DNA of 64,000 nucleotides from Octopus sinensis (taxonomy: Eukaryota). The notes below the pieces were generated by a model. That model was not told where the DNA came from. It ran no database searches and was given only the letters and a program-made list of their open reading frames with translations. A program made the position numbers and the translations under genes. Positions within the stretch are counted from its first letter, which is position 1; each line of letters begins with the position of its first letter. Shown here one piece after another: positions 1 to 11,869 of the stretch. The DNA is taken from NCBI RefSeq assembly GCF_006345805.1, contig NC_043007.1:55862001-55926000 (forward strand). Reading direction: 5' to 3'.

Positions 1-148
1 CTTAGCGGTTCGGCAAAAGAGATCGATAGAATAAGTACTGGGCTTACAAAGAATAAGTCCCGAGGTCGATTTGCTCGACTAAAGGCGGTGCTCCAGCATG
101 GCCGCAGTCAAATGACTGAAACAAGTAAAAGAGTAAAAGAGTAAAAAA
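1..148 (+). mobile_element. tRNA-derived SINE family B, 3' end with (AAAAGAGT)n tail
   Basis: Matches the 3' half of the full copy at 29106-29514 and the inverted copy at 4128-4410 (…GGCGGTGCTCCAGCATGGCCGCAGTCAAATGACTGAAACAAGTAAAAGAGT). Confidence 0.85.
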
Positions 149-149
149 G

Positions 150-760
150 AATTACGACTCACAGATTTAAAACATGTAGACCTCCAATTATATCTCCATT
201 TATATTTTTAGCAAAGAGTGGATTTCTTTGTAATACATAGTGGACAATATATACATCAGTAATCTTTTTCTTGATCAAGAACGCTAATATTCGGAATGAC
301 TCACAATTGCTGGGATACTATCCGCCGCCACTGCACTAATATTCAGAAAAGGAACATTAATTTTCTTCAAGTAACCCTCTGCACATCGCAACATTTTCTC
401 CTCTGTTGCATCAGCTTTAAGGTAATTTGCAAACAAGAATTCATCAACAATGACCTTTAAGATTTGGTTTTTATGCCGCATATAGGCCATGCGAATGTTT
501 GAATTACTGAGTGTTAACTCAAGTCGGATACAAAACTTGCAATGCTGAAGCTGTGACTCTAAACTTCTCTTCACATCAGGGACCATTTCACCAATGTGCC
601 AACTCTGGTTGAGAGTTTTTCATCAGAACAATTTCAGTTACATCTGTAATAGCTGGTACATCATTAACGCCAAATCAAGATAACATACATGCAAAAATTA
701 AACACCCGAAGCTTAGTGCAACAATCAGGCTCTTTTTATTAATATTTCCAAGTTCATACA
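150..760 (-). pseudogene. hAT (Buster/Charlie-like) transposase remnant
   Basis: ORF 284-586 and adjacent frames give GEMVPDVKRSLESQLQHCKFCIRLELT…MAYMR…IVDEFLFANYLKADAT…INVPFLNISAVAADSIPAIV and then LAFLIKKKITDVYIVHYVLQRNPLFAKN. This follows the Buster pattern (FSIQLDE…AYVR…EEFLF…ATDGAPAM…HCVIHR…AK) with degenerate catalytic motifs, stops and frameshifts. Confidence 0.7.
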
Positions 761-1589
761 TGGTTGAAGTAGGTTTTAGTTATGCAATTTCACTTTTAAC
801 AAAGACGTACAAAATGAATCGGGAAGAGCGCAGTAATATAAGGCTAATACTCAATAATTTCCAGACAAATGTCGATACATAGCTACAATTCACCAAATAC
901 ATCTCATTTCAAATATTCATACTATATGAACATGAGTTGATTGAATTTTTATTGTTCTTTATCAATTTTGTTAATTACTTTCATTAAATTTCTTTTAAAA
1001 AGTTTCTTCTTAAAAAGTGGTAACGACACAAAGCAATGAGGGATTCACTGATTGTAAATGAAGAAATTTTGTATTTTTAAGTTTTAATTCTATTTCAAAA
1101 ATTTATATGATATGGGTTGATAAGTTATCAACGATTCCATGAAAGGGCCAATGATATAAGGAGTTTGCCAATTTTTGATCTATGTAAATATTTATATAAA
1201 TATCTAAATAAATATTTATATAAAAAGTGAAAAACTAGTTATATCTTTTAGAAGAATGTTCTGATAACGTTTACGCTACGTTGAGTCATTTCTGCTTGAT
1301 GGAATTAGAAAAATTTTTTAATATTTTTAACCAACTCAGTATATTTCAGATTTCGAAATCTTTTAATATTCGCCAAGAATATTGACTATTTTTGAGTGAG
1401 TTGCTTGTCTCTGGTTCGACATAACAACTTGATAATCGATTTGATCGGCCTGACTCACAGCTTATCAGGCAGCATGTTAGTCATCAGACATGTTCTTTTT
1501 CCTTCACAGAACTTGTAATTATTCTTCCTTTCTTGTTCCAAGATGGAAAGATTTCGTCAATAATCCGAAGACGCGGCAGTGATGCTGGT

Positions 1590-1735
1590 GACGTCAGCAA
1601 TGATGATGATGATGACGATGACAATGATGAGGGTGATGTTGACAACAACAGTGATGATGATGGTAATGATAGTGATCATGAGGATGACAACGCAGATGAC
1701 ATTGATGATGGTTTTGATGAGAGTGATGATTAGAT
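1590..1735. repeat. (GAT/GAC)n low-complexity tract
   Basis: Imperfect trinucleotide repeat. The acidic ORF 1533-1733 is its translation. Confidence 0.8.
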
Positions 1736-2020
1736 CTTTGAAGTTGATGTGCTTGTGAAGAAGAAATAATGGAAGTGGAAGAAAAATAGCGATGATGCGA
1801 ATAATGAATGTTGGTGATAATAACGATAGTTGACTGTGATGTTGATATGGATAATGCTAGTGATAATGATGATGAATAGGAGGCTGGGTGGGGGTAATAA
1901 TTAAAAGAGGGGAAGAAATGAAGAAAAAGGCGGACGATATCGATGTTACATTTTCTACTCCATATACTTCGTGATTTTCAAAGAGGTTTTTTGATTTCAT
2001 AGCCACAAATGTGTGCGTGT

Positions 2021-2021
<1 letters not shown>

Positions 2022-2087
<66 letters not shown>
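2022..2087. repeat. (CA)n microsatellite
   Basis: Direct observation. Confidence 0.97.
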
Positions 2088-2088
<1 letters not shown>

Positions 2089-3329
2089 AAATACAGGTAC
2101 GTTCACACAAGCACCTCAAATACATGAACAGCAGCAGGAGAAACAGCAACAGTAATAGAATAATAGCAGCAATAATAATTTTGTTTATAGCCAGAAGGCC
2201 CACCACACTTTGGCAGGAAGAGTCAATCGATTAAACACTCCATAGTACATGACCGGTATCTTATTTAATCAACCACAAAATAGTGAAAAACAAGATCGAC
2301 ACTAAAACGATTTAAACTCAGGACATGAGGGACATAAATAAACAGTGCAAGATATTCTACTACTTCTATCTTAGGTGCCTTTCAGCACAGTCTCGGATCG
2401 ATTCAAATATTGTGAATAAAGTTGGGTAGCCAGAAAATGTGTGGAATCCAGTAGGATGGATTGTACCTATAATTCAAATGTGCAACACTGGCTCTCACTG
2501 AGGATAACGTTAAGGACACGTGTGGCTGTAGAATACTCAGCCATTTATCGGCTAATTCAGTGATCAAGCGGATCGGTTGTTCAAACAACTCACTACACAG
2601 TGTCAAAATCAATGGACGTCCATTTATCTATAAATTGCTTTACTCTTGCTGTCTGAGAAAAAACGTTTCGTACCAAATTGGCAAAGGTACTTAAGACACT
2701 CTATAGCGTAAGAATTAAAAAAATGATAATAAAATCAATATGTTTATCTTTTTATTGAAAAGAAACTGTAATGTAAATGTTTAAAATAGAAGAAAGTATT
2801 TTTTTTTGAATGTTTAAAATAGAAGAATGTATTATTTTTTCTCGACGATATTTTTATTGCTTTTAATGGTAGTAATTTATGTGCTTATTGCTTTTAATTT
2901 GCTTAATATAGCATTAGTTTATTTGCTTTATTAATCTATATAATTGTAGCCGTGACTACAAATCTATTAGTAAGGGACTTTATTAAAACCAAAGTTAATG
3001 ATTTCCAGAAAAAATTGACACTTCGATGTTCCTATTGTTCATTAAATATGCCTATTCATTTGAAAGGTGTTTTTATGTTTATATTAAATATGCTTTTGTT
3101 CACTCAAATTTTTCGTCGTCTAGTGTTATGTCTTTTTTTCAGCAGGAAGGATATTTTACAAATGTCCCCGCGTGTTTTGCTCCCCACCACAGCCCGATTA
3201 TTTTAATAATTTAATTGAAAAGAAGCTAATTTTAGGCAGTTTATTAACCATATTTACGTGAGCTACTTTATGTTAAATTTTCATGAAATGACCATTTTTA
3301 CAATCATTTATTTGTTTCGAATGTTCACA

Positions 3330-3462
3330 CATTTTATCAACCACAGAAGGATGAAAGGCAAAGTCGACCTCGGCAGAATTTGAACTCAAAATTTAAATAC
3401 AGATGAAATGCTGCTAAGCATTTTTGCCCGGTGTACTAACGATTCTGTCAGTTCGCCACCTT
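3330..3462 (-). mobile_element. tRNA-derived SINE family A, 5' part
   Basis: GAAGGATGAAAGGCAAAGTCGACCTCGGCAGAATTTGAACTC…TTCGCCACC is the reverse complement of the tRNA-like head (B-box GAGTTCAAATTC). It is shared with 19475-19704. Confidence 0.75.
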
Positions 3463-3502
3463 TTTTTATTATATTAATTTATCTATTATTCACGAAAATA
3501 AA

Positions 3503-3886
3503 AATAATAAGAGCACTCAGAGAGCGCAAACCTCCGCCAAGGCAACACTAACGTCCTCTCAACAATTAGCCAGAGATGATTTTTAAACTAAGAATATCTG
3601 AAATAAACTCGATTGCTCTCACAAACGAGAATACTAAAATGAACCCGACGACTCTCAATAATTAAGTAAAAAGCCAGGAAAAATAATCCAGAATCCTTGT
3701 CCGGTACCGGATCGATCCCAAAATCTAATCAGTTCGTGCCAGTTACGAGGTCAAACATCCCTGAAAGTTTCATCCGGATCCATCCAGCGGTTCTTGAGAT
3801 ATTTTGTCCACGGACAAACAAGCGCCTGAAAACAATACCTCCGCCGTCACTAAGGCGGAGGTAATAATGATAAAAACGGAACTAAG
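3503..3886 (-). mobile_element. Non-autonomous Helentron-like element (HINE/DINE-1 architecture)
   Basis: Terminal hairpin CCTCCGCC-gtcactaa-GGCGGAGG (~3837-3862), matching sub-terminal repeat AACCTCCGCCAAGG (~3530), and a core TTGTTTGTCCGTGGACAAAATATCTCAAGAACCGCTGGATGGATCC…GAAACTTT typical of HINEs. Confidence 0.7.
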
Positions 3887-4127
3887 AAGAGCATTGCAGT
3901 TTAAATATTAAGCGAAATGCTATTTGCTATATTATTAGTGTTATAAAAAAGCTGGAAATAAAATTTGAAGCAATATAGCAAAATATTTTACATAAAAGAC
4001 AAAAACAAACAAAAACAAGCAAATTCTAAAAACACTGAACCTTCTCCCATCATTTTCAGTCATATTTTGCTCACTGAAATCACGATAACCAACTAATTTT
4101 AAACCGGACAAAGATTATTGTGAAATA

Positions 4128-4410
4128 TACTCTTTTACTCTTTTACTTGTTTCAGTCATTTGACTGCGGCCATGCTGGAGCACCGCCTTTAGTCGAGCAA
4201 ATCGACCCCAGGACTTATTCTTTGTAAGCCCAGTACTTATTCTATCGGTCTCTTTTGCCGAACCGCTAAGTGACGGAGACGTAAACACACCAGCATCGGT
4301 TGTCAAGCAATGCTAGGGGGACAAACACAGACAAACAAACACACACAGACATATACATATATACATATATACGACAGGCTTCTTTCAGTTTCCGTCTACC
4401 AAATCCACTC
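4128..4410 (-). mobile_element. tRNA-derived SINE family B, 3' two-thirds
   Basis: Reverse complement of 29210-29514 and of 1-148. Confidence 0.85.
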
Positions 4411-4654
4411 GTATATACAAATATTAAGCATATGTATATGGTTTAAATAGTTAATATTAATAATGGATTGCGTACCCCATAGCTCTCCTTTGAGAGTCCT
4501 TTGCGAGCTCGTAAAGCTCCCAAGGAAACACACCACCAAACTTATGGAGCACTTGTTCGCGTTGAGTATTAATTATTTGTATGAACAAAAGAATGTAAAT
4601 AGTAGAAAATATGTTTGGAATTGCATTTTGTGTCATTAAGTCGTAAATATCGAT

Positions 4655-4820
4655 TTCAGATTTTGGCACAAGGCCAGCAATTTTGGGGGAGGTGGTAAGT
4701 CGATTGCATTGACTGGTACTTATTTTATCGACTCCAAAAGAAAGAAGTCAGCTGAATTTGAACTCAGAACGTAAAGCTAAAAGAAATGTCGCTTTGGATT
4801 TTGCCCAGCATACTAATTAA
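4655..4820 (-). mobile_element. SINE family A, degenerate copy
   Basis: GGCACAAGGCC…GTCGATTGCATTGAC…GGTACTTATTTTATCGAC…AATTTGAACTCAGAACG motifs shared with other family A copies. Confidence 0.6.
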
Positions 4821-5455
4821 GTCATAAATATCACTGTAATATTCATTCTCGTCTTACCAATAAACCTGAAACATCAGCGAGTATGCAAGAAAATATCATT
4901 AGTATATGTAAGAAACTATTTGTTTTATTTGACTCAATTATTCAATAAATAAAAAATACATTAAAATACAAACTCATCATAACAATTCTCTGAATGAAAG
5001 ACCTTAAGCACCATGTAAATTAACATATGCGGCGGGGGTGAATTCTCTCGGTAAATCATATATTTCTAAATACTAGCTTTATTATTGATTTATTTCCTCG
5101 ATGAAGGGAAACCTAGAGAGCATTTCGATTGAAGCATGTAGTTACACAGTGATATCTTGTTGGTTGCTAGTGGCAACGTACATTTCCTGTTGATACCTTG
5201 CATCACTTATCCAAAATGTGTATTAAATAGACTGCAGATAATTTGCAGTTTGGTTATATGATGTGTTCTACATCAGAAATTTAATACTTTTATACATTTA
5301 CCACTAGGGATCTAGGAAGAAAATTGGTTGGTGGGGAAATGGTGGCGGAAGAGATTTGCACAGTAGTAACATAATAAAAGAGAGAGGAATGTTAACATAG
5401 CATAAGTTGAAAATCAATCACAGAAAAGTTAATGTCATCACCTTATTCCTAGTAC

Positions 5456-5504
5456 ATGTGTGTGTGTGTGTGTATATATGTGCATGTGTATATATATATG
5501 TATG

Positions 5505-5535
<31 letters not shown>

Positions 5536-5820
5536 ATACATATATATATGTATGTATGTATGTATATATATATATATACTTTATTTAAAAGCAGCAGAAT
5601 TTAAAAGCTGTTACTCGGAGTTTCACGTTCCCGTTCGTCGGACAGTTTTGTTATATATATGTATATATACATATACATATATATATATATAATATATATA
5701 TGTATATGTATATGTATGTATGTATATATATATATATGTATATGTATATACATATATATATGTATGTATGTTATATATATATATGTATGTATATGAATAC
5801 ACACACAAACACACACACAC

Positions 5821-5863
<43 letters not shown>

Positions 5864-5900
5864 CACAAACACACACACACACATATATATATACACACAT
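5456..5900. repeat. Compound (TG)/(TA)/(TATG)/(CA) microsatellite array
   Basis: Direct observation. It is interrupted by a ~70-bp insert at 5579-5650. Confidence 0.95.
5608..5645 (-). ncRNA. Minimal type I hammerhead ribozyme-like motif (PLE-type), U4C core variant
   Basis: Minus strand reads CTGT-CCGACGA-ACG(GGAA)CGT-GAAA-CTC-C-GAG-TA-ACAG. Stem I is CTGT/ACAG, stem II is ACG/CGT, the GAAA core is present, helix III is near-palindromic and the cleavage triplet is GUA. Confidence 0.6.
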
Positions 5901-7170
5901 ATTTGAGTGAGTGTATGTATGTAAGTATGTCTATACGTAATAAAAACATCTATATATACGAAGAATAAATAAAATGAATGAGCGGATAGCAGCAAATTTA
6001 ATAAAGTAAATTTGATGAAATATGCATATTAATGAGCCGCATAAAACTACAACGACATGAGTAATAAGGGAAAAAATGACGATGGCTTTACACATTCATT
6101 CTTAGTATACTTTGGCAGATTTGGACATGTACATGCTAATCGCTGTTGTATTTTGGTCATTGGAGAATAACTACTCCTTTCACAGGAATGTGTGTTTATA
6201 ATACACTCGATTCAATAGCGTAAGGGGTCTTACGGAAGAAGTTGCCCCCCCCCCCAAGAACGAAATACCACAGTGATTAGCATACTCTCTTTCGCATTAA
6301 GAATGAATTTGTTAGTCATCGTTTTGATTCTCCTTGCATATGACGATTTGTTATCAGTTGGCAGATATCAGCGTAGATCAGGAAATTATTTTTTGCTAAA
6401 ATTATAAACAGCAGCTGCAAAATCATTAGTTTAGGGTAGCTTTGGCCGAAGATGCACAATGATGTTGGAACAGCGGGTTTCCCATTTCTCTTATAATTAT
6501 AAAACAAATGTGTTATGAACACACATACGTCGACATGCAGAAATGTTCCCTAGTGACAAAATGAAATAATGCTTAGCATATTCATGACTGAATCTGTCAA
6601 AAGGCTGTTTATAGTGCACTGACAATTAATTACATGAAATACGTTATAAAGAAATTAAATTACGACGAAAATTTGATTAGATTACTCTTGTCAAATGTAA
6701 TGCTTATATATTCACATCATTTTTAATTAATCATGCATTATTTCGTGGCTTCAAGATTTAGATTATACGATTGTTTGTATTTAAAATGACTTGTAAGTCA
6801 GAGACGTCAGATCTGGCTTGTTTGAACATAAAACAAGTAGAATATTAGGGCCGGACATGGCCGGTTTAAGCGAAAAACCAAAATACTGCATATATAATGC
6901 ATCTGAAAGTATATAGCTATGTATATATGTATGCAGGTATACGCGTGTATGTAATTGTATGTACATGTGTATGTGTACATGTATGTATCTCCGATCACAC
7001 TTATATGCATGTATGTATTTGTGTGCATGTATGTTGGTAAAATTGGATACTGAAATATAAATAATATAATCTCAATCAACATAAAAAAGTAAATTCAAAA
7101 ATGATTTAGTTTGAGACTTATGTACAACATCCAATGCATATGCATGAATACATATACATATGTGTGTGTG

Positions 7171-7203
<33 letters not shown>

Positions 7204-7443
7204 CTAAAATATATATAGATATATATATATATATCTATATATATATATATATATATTAGGATATATTATATATATATATATATATGTCTGTATGTATATA
7301 TAATTATATATATATCTATATATATATATATATAATATATATATATATATATGTGTTGTGTGTGTGTATACATATATATATATTATATATAGTTATATAT
7401 ATATATATATATATATTTATAATTCAGCACGAAAACATAAGTA

Positions 7444-7610
7444 TGCAGAAAAACATCAACCTGCTTAGAAATAAGAGTCAAAGTCCTAATTAAACCACCT
7501 GATCCATGCTGATATCTGCCAACTGATAAATAATCATATGCACGGAGAATCAAAACGATGGTTTAATTAAGACTTCAACTTTTATTTCTAGCAGGTTGAT
7601 GCATTTCTAC
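7444..7610. mobile_element. MITE-like fold-back element with ~50-bp imperfect TIRs
   Basis: 7444-7495 is the approximate reverse complement of 7561-7610. The spacer 7497-7560 recurs inverted at ~6318-6385. Confidence 0.5.
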
Positions 7611-7896
7611 ATCCTTACGCTTCCTGTTCATTTGTAGTTATTAGCTAAATAATGCTTTTTTGCCTGTGAACCACCTATGTTACTATTGTTGATACCATCA
7701 ATTAAAATTTTTCCTGAGATGATTTTAACAGTAGTGACATCTTATTTCACAAAACTTTAGTGTTTGAAATGTTTTGTATATATATTTATCATACATACAT
7801 ATATATATATAGATATAATATATATATATATATATATCGTACCATATCTATATATTATATTATATTATACGTATATATATTATATTATATTATCTC

Positions 7897-7949
<53 letters not shown>

Positions 7950-8479
7950 ATTAATAATATATATATATATATATATTATGTAAATATACATGTATATATA
8001 TACATACATATATAATATATATACACATATGCAGTTAGACTTCATGACTTCAAATGGTCACTTGTTGACCCCAAATTATAGAACAACTGACTATCTCGGC
8101 GTTGCCGGGCAATTTTCACAATGGAATTGCCTTTATTTCAATTTTTTTTGTTCCTTGTCAGAATATGTCTTCTTCAGCAGATAGGAATCGTGGTCGCGAC
8201 AGATTTCTGTATTATATGGACCACTTAATAGTGTATCGATAAACTAAGGTCTTGTGTTTCCATTTGGTGCATAGATGTAATAACACACACACACAGCCAC
8301 ACACACACAAACACACATACACCCACACACATTCACACACACATACACGTTCAGCGTAATCGCTACACATGTACACGGAGTGAGAGAGAGTGGTAAATAT
8401 ATATATATATAGAGAGAGAGATAGGGAGGAAATGAAGAGATGGAGTGGTAAATATATATAGAAGGGAAGAAAAACGTAA

Positions 8480-8491
8480 AGAGATAGATAA

Positions 8492-8522
<31 letters not shown>

Positions 8523-8605
8523 AATAGATAGATAAATAGATAGATAAATAGATAGATAGATAGATAGATAGAGAGAGAGAGGAGAGAGAGAGAGAGGAAG
8601 AGAGG

Positions 8606-8665
<60 letters not shown>
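8480..8665. repeat. (GATA)n/(GA)n microsatellite
   Basis: Direct observation. Confidence 0.95.
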
Positions 8666-8668
<3 letters not shown>

Positions 8669-8949
8669 TTTCTGTTGTAGCAGGTTTTGAAAATTTAAAA
8701 TTCAGTGAAAGTTTTCAAATGTGGTATATTGATGTGCATTTTCACGTTGAATCCTGTTTTGTGTTACAGAAGTCTAAATTTTGGTAATTTTTACTGAATA
8801 TGAAAACAAGATTGAGAAGCTAGCATTTTCTGCGGGATAGCTGTCTATCATAAAATGAAAGTAAGCATTACAACAACGAAGTTTTAAGCAACATGAAAGC
8901 AATTACATGTCATATCAAGAGACAGATGTGGAGATCGGTATGCGTGAGA

Positions 8950-9245
8950 GGTATACATATACAGACAGAGTGACAAAGTGTGTGGTTGATATATAGAGGG
9001 CAAATGCATAAAACTGAGAGAGCCTGACGGAAACGGATAAGAGTGAGAGATTTGTCGATCTAAAAGTTGAGTTATTTCTCGTAGCAAATTAAATTTTCTG
9101 ATTAATTATAACGAAATACCTTGTCGCTGGGACGCAGATTTCGAAAATCAAATCCGTTTTTCTCGAGGATGCACCGTTTCGGAGCTTTTTCGTGACATAT
9201 TCACATACATACACACATACACTCTCATTTATATAGTAGATAGAA
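8950..9245 (+). mobile_element. Possible non-autonomous Helitron/HINE-like element
   Basis: Ends in ACATACATACACACATACACTCTCATTTATATAGTAGATAG, preceded by GCACCGTTTCGGAG. This resembles HINE 3' regions. Confidence 0.3.
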
Positions 9246-9374
9246 CTTAAACGCGCAATACAGATAAACAAATCAACGATATATATTAGAATAATTGTAG
9301 ATACTTTAAATTCACATGCAAATTATTTATGTCAGTTTGTATATACATATACATATGCATACATACATACATAC

Positions 9375-9413
<39 letters not shown>

Positions 9414-9611
9414 TATATAACTTATACAACAACTTATAAATTTACCCTTAAAGTGTTTTTTAAATGCTGACACCTTGATAAATTTTTTTTTAGAACAAAA
9501 TGTATCCTATATTAAATGTATATATATACACTTATAAATATCCCGAAGACATGCATTCACATTACGTTTGAGAACTGTTCAGCATTATACTAACCCTTTT
9601 CTCTGTCTCTG

Positions 9612-9660
<49 letters not shown>

Positions 9661-9695
9661 TATCTTTATATATATATATATATATATTATTTATA

Positions 9696-10160
9696 TTTAT
9701 ATAGAAAAATACAAACTGGGACAAGAACGTAAAACATTTAGAAGACGATACAAAAAACACAATCTTCAGTCAAGAACCGGATCATCGTAGCAATTTCGGC
9801 TGATTAATATTGAGATCGCTCCGATCCGGCCAGCCCCAAGGAAAGACTAATCTACGAGCATTAGATTTCTTGGAAGAAGGATCGAATGTATACGAAACAG
9901 GGACAGAAAAACGGACGATGCCACACGAATATAAAATACAAAACACAATAATGGTAAAAACAGGACAAAAACAGCGGGTGTCTTACGACTAATAAACAGT
10001 ACAAGTTTAGCTGGCGTATTTTACATTATCGAGCGATTACTGTTTACATCTCATTCTGAGATTTAATAATGCTTACAGTCAGTTTTTCGAAATCAGTGGC
10101 AGACGTCACTCGAAAAACTCTTATATATTTTCAAAGCAGCCTTGTCTTTCATCGCGACCT
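9696..10160 (+). mobile_element. PLE-like repeat, left part (host of the Tx1 insertion)
   Basis: Sits in (TA)n. A 49-bp segment (10022-10070) is repeated exactly at 15727-15775, and the sequence continues after the Tx1 element at 15510. Confidence 0.55.
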
Positions 10161-10392
10161 AGTGTTTTGTTACTCGTCTAGGGACCCCTCTTTCATCTGC
10201 GTATTGAGAAGTTAGCTGCCTATTTTGTTGAGTGAGTTCGTTTTTGTGTCGTCTGTTGTTCGTGTTTGCTCGTGAATTGAATTGTGTAGTTGTTTCGCGT
10301 GTGACAGTAATTTTCGCCCTACGGGGCTGAAAATTTGTGTTATTACCTTCGGGGTAATTGTTTTTGAAAAATTGGTTCTCATAATTTGAGAA

Positions 10393-11800
10393 ATGGAGTT
10401 CGACTTGGCGTCGAGAAGCGACTTTCCCGTGATGGGAAAAGGCGAACAGAAGGATATCGAGGTTAGAAAACAGTCTTTTTCGGCCCGCAGTGGCGGAACG
10501 AACCGTAACGGAAGTGAAATTCAAAATAGAACAGTTGTTCGAATACCGGAACTTGGTCAAAAAGGAAGGCAACGAAATAAAACTGGTACCCGCCGCAAGC
10601 GATATTACAGGAATAAAGGCCAAGACAGTCGTGTACAAGGTTTACAGTAACAAAGAGAAAAAAATAATGGACGTGAAGAACGAAATAGTAGAGAAGTGCT
10701 TGTCTCCGGTTGTGGAGCAAAATTCGCTACGTCGGTCGAGGTGCTCGCAGCGCTACCGTTGAAGCACATTTCGACTCGGCTGATGTGGCAAGAGAATTTC
10801 ATCAATGACCTTAAAAAATGAGGACATTATGTTACTACTACCTATATGGGCAAAAGAACTGCGAAACTATACGTGGAAGATATACCAAGAGGATGATGAT
10901 ATAATGTGGGTAGCAGCGGCCGGTTCTGCACGACGTAGAGCAGAAAGTCTCAATTCTGCAGATGAAAAGGAAAGATGAGGTAAACTGGAAGGGACAAGCG
11001 CTCGAACTCCTCGTTCAAGCAGAAAATAATGTGCAAGAAAACTACCCGATAAGGTATTTATTGAGGAAGGAATTTCAATGAGAGTGTCAGTGGAGGGGCG
11101 CAGACCTAGGTGTTTCAAATGTGTGTGAAAAGGGTCACGTCCGCTCGAAGCTGCAAAAAAAAAGAAAAACAGGAAGCCCCTCCTAAGTGCTTCAAACAGA
11201 AAAAGAAAAAGGCGGAAAAAGACCCCAAGACTGCGACAAGGAAGGGAATCGAAACGGAAGATAAAAATGAACAAATGGAATTTACACAGGTGACACACAA
11301 AAGAAAAAAAGAAAATACCCTGGACTCCCCTCCCCAAACAAAGAAAAAAATCAGCAAACACCGCAGAGATACATATAAAACAAGTTCCCCAGCCCTACCC
11401 CCACGGTACTGTATTCATTGGAACACAGTTCGCCAAGCCCCACCCCATAAAACAAGATTGGAAAAAATTGATAAAAAAGAATGAAAAGATTGTAGCATTT
11501 GACGAGAAGAACGATAGAGTGTTTAAGTATTTTAAATTTTCAAAACTGAAATTATTCAGTAAGTCTGCAGACACTAAATCAACCACTCGTTTTGCAAAAA
11601 TAAAGGAAGACGAGTGGAAGGAAAAACACTCCAAGAACATTTAAAAAATAACCTTATCAGAGACGTAACTAACGAAATACTGGAGGGCAAACTTTACTAT
11701 AACCCCGGCCAACCACACCTACCCAGAGCCCGATGGCAACGCCGGTTAAGAGCCCTGCAGCTACGACCACACGGGAGGAAGAAGGGGAAGCATGCAGATT
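10393..11800 (+). pseudogene. Tx1 ORF1 (gag-like, CCHC zinc knuckle), frameshifted
   Basis: Fragments MEFDLASRSDFP…, KIEQLFEYRNLVKK…, and ISMRVSVEGRRPRCFKC…EKGHVRSK(C) at ~11090-11155, followed by a Lys-rich region. Multiple 1-nt frameshifts. Confidence 0.7.
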
Positions 11801-11869
11801 TAAACTGTCATGTTCCCTATCCCAACCGTAAGTTTATTTTTTATTTATTTATTTTTTCTCTCTCCGACA

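Noticed and set aside
1533-1733. Acidic protein ORF
   Set aside because: It is a (GAT)n low-complexity tract with no real start context.
10159-11640. Minus-strand ORFs overlapping the Tx1 5' region (for example 10159-10638 and 10867-11361)
   Set aside because: They are antisense frames of an A-rich LINE strand, with no motifs.
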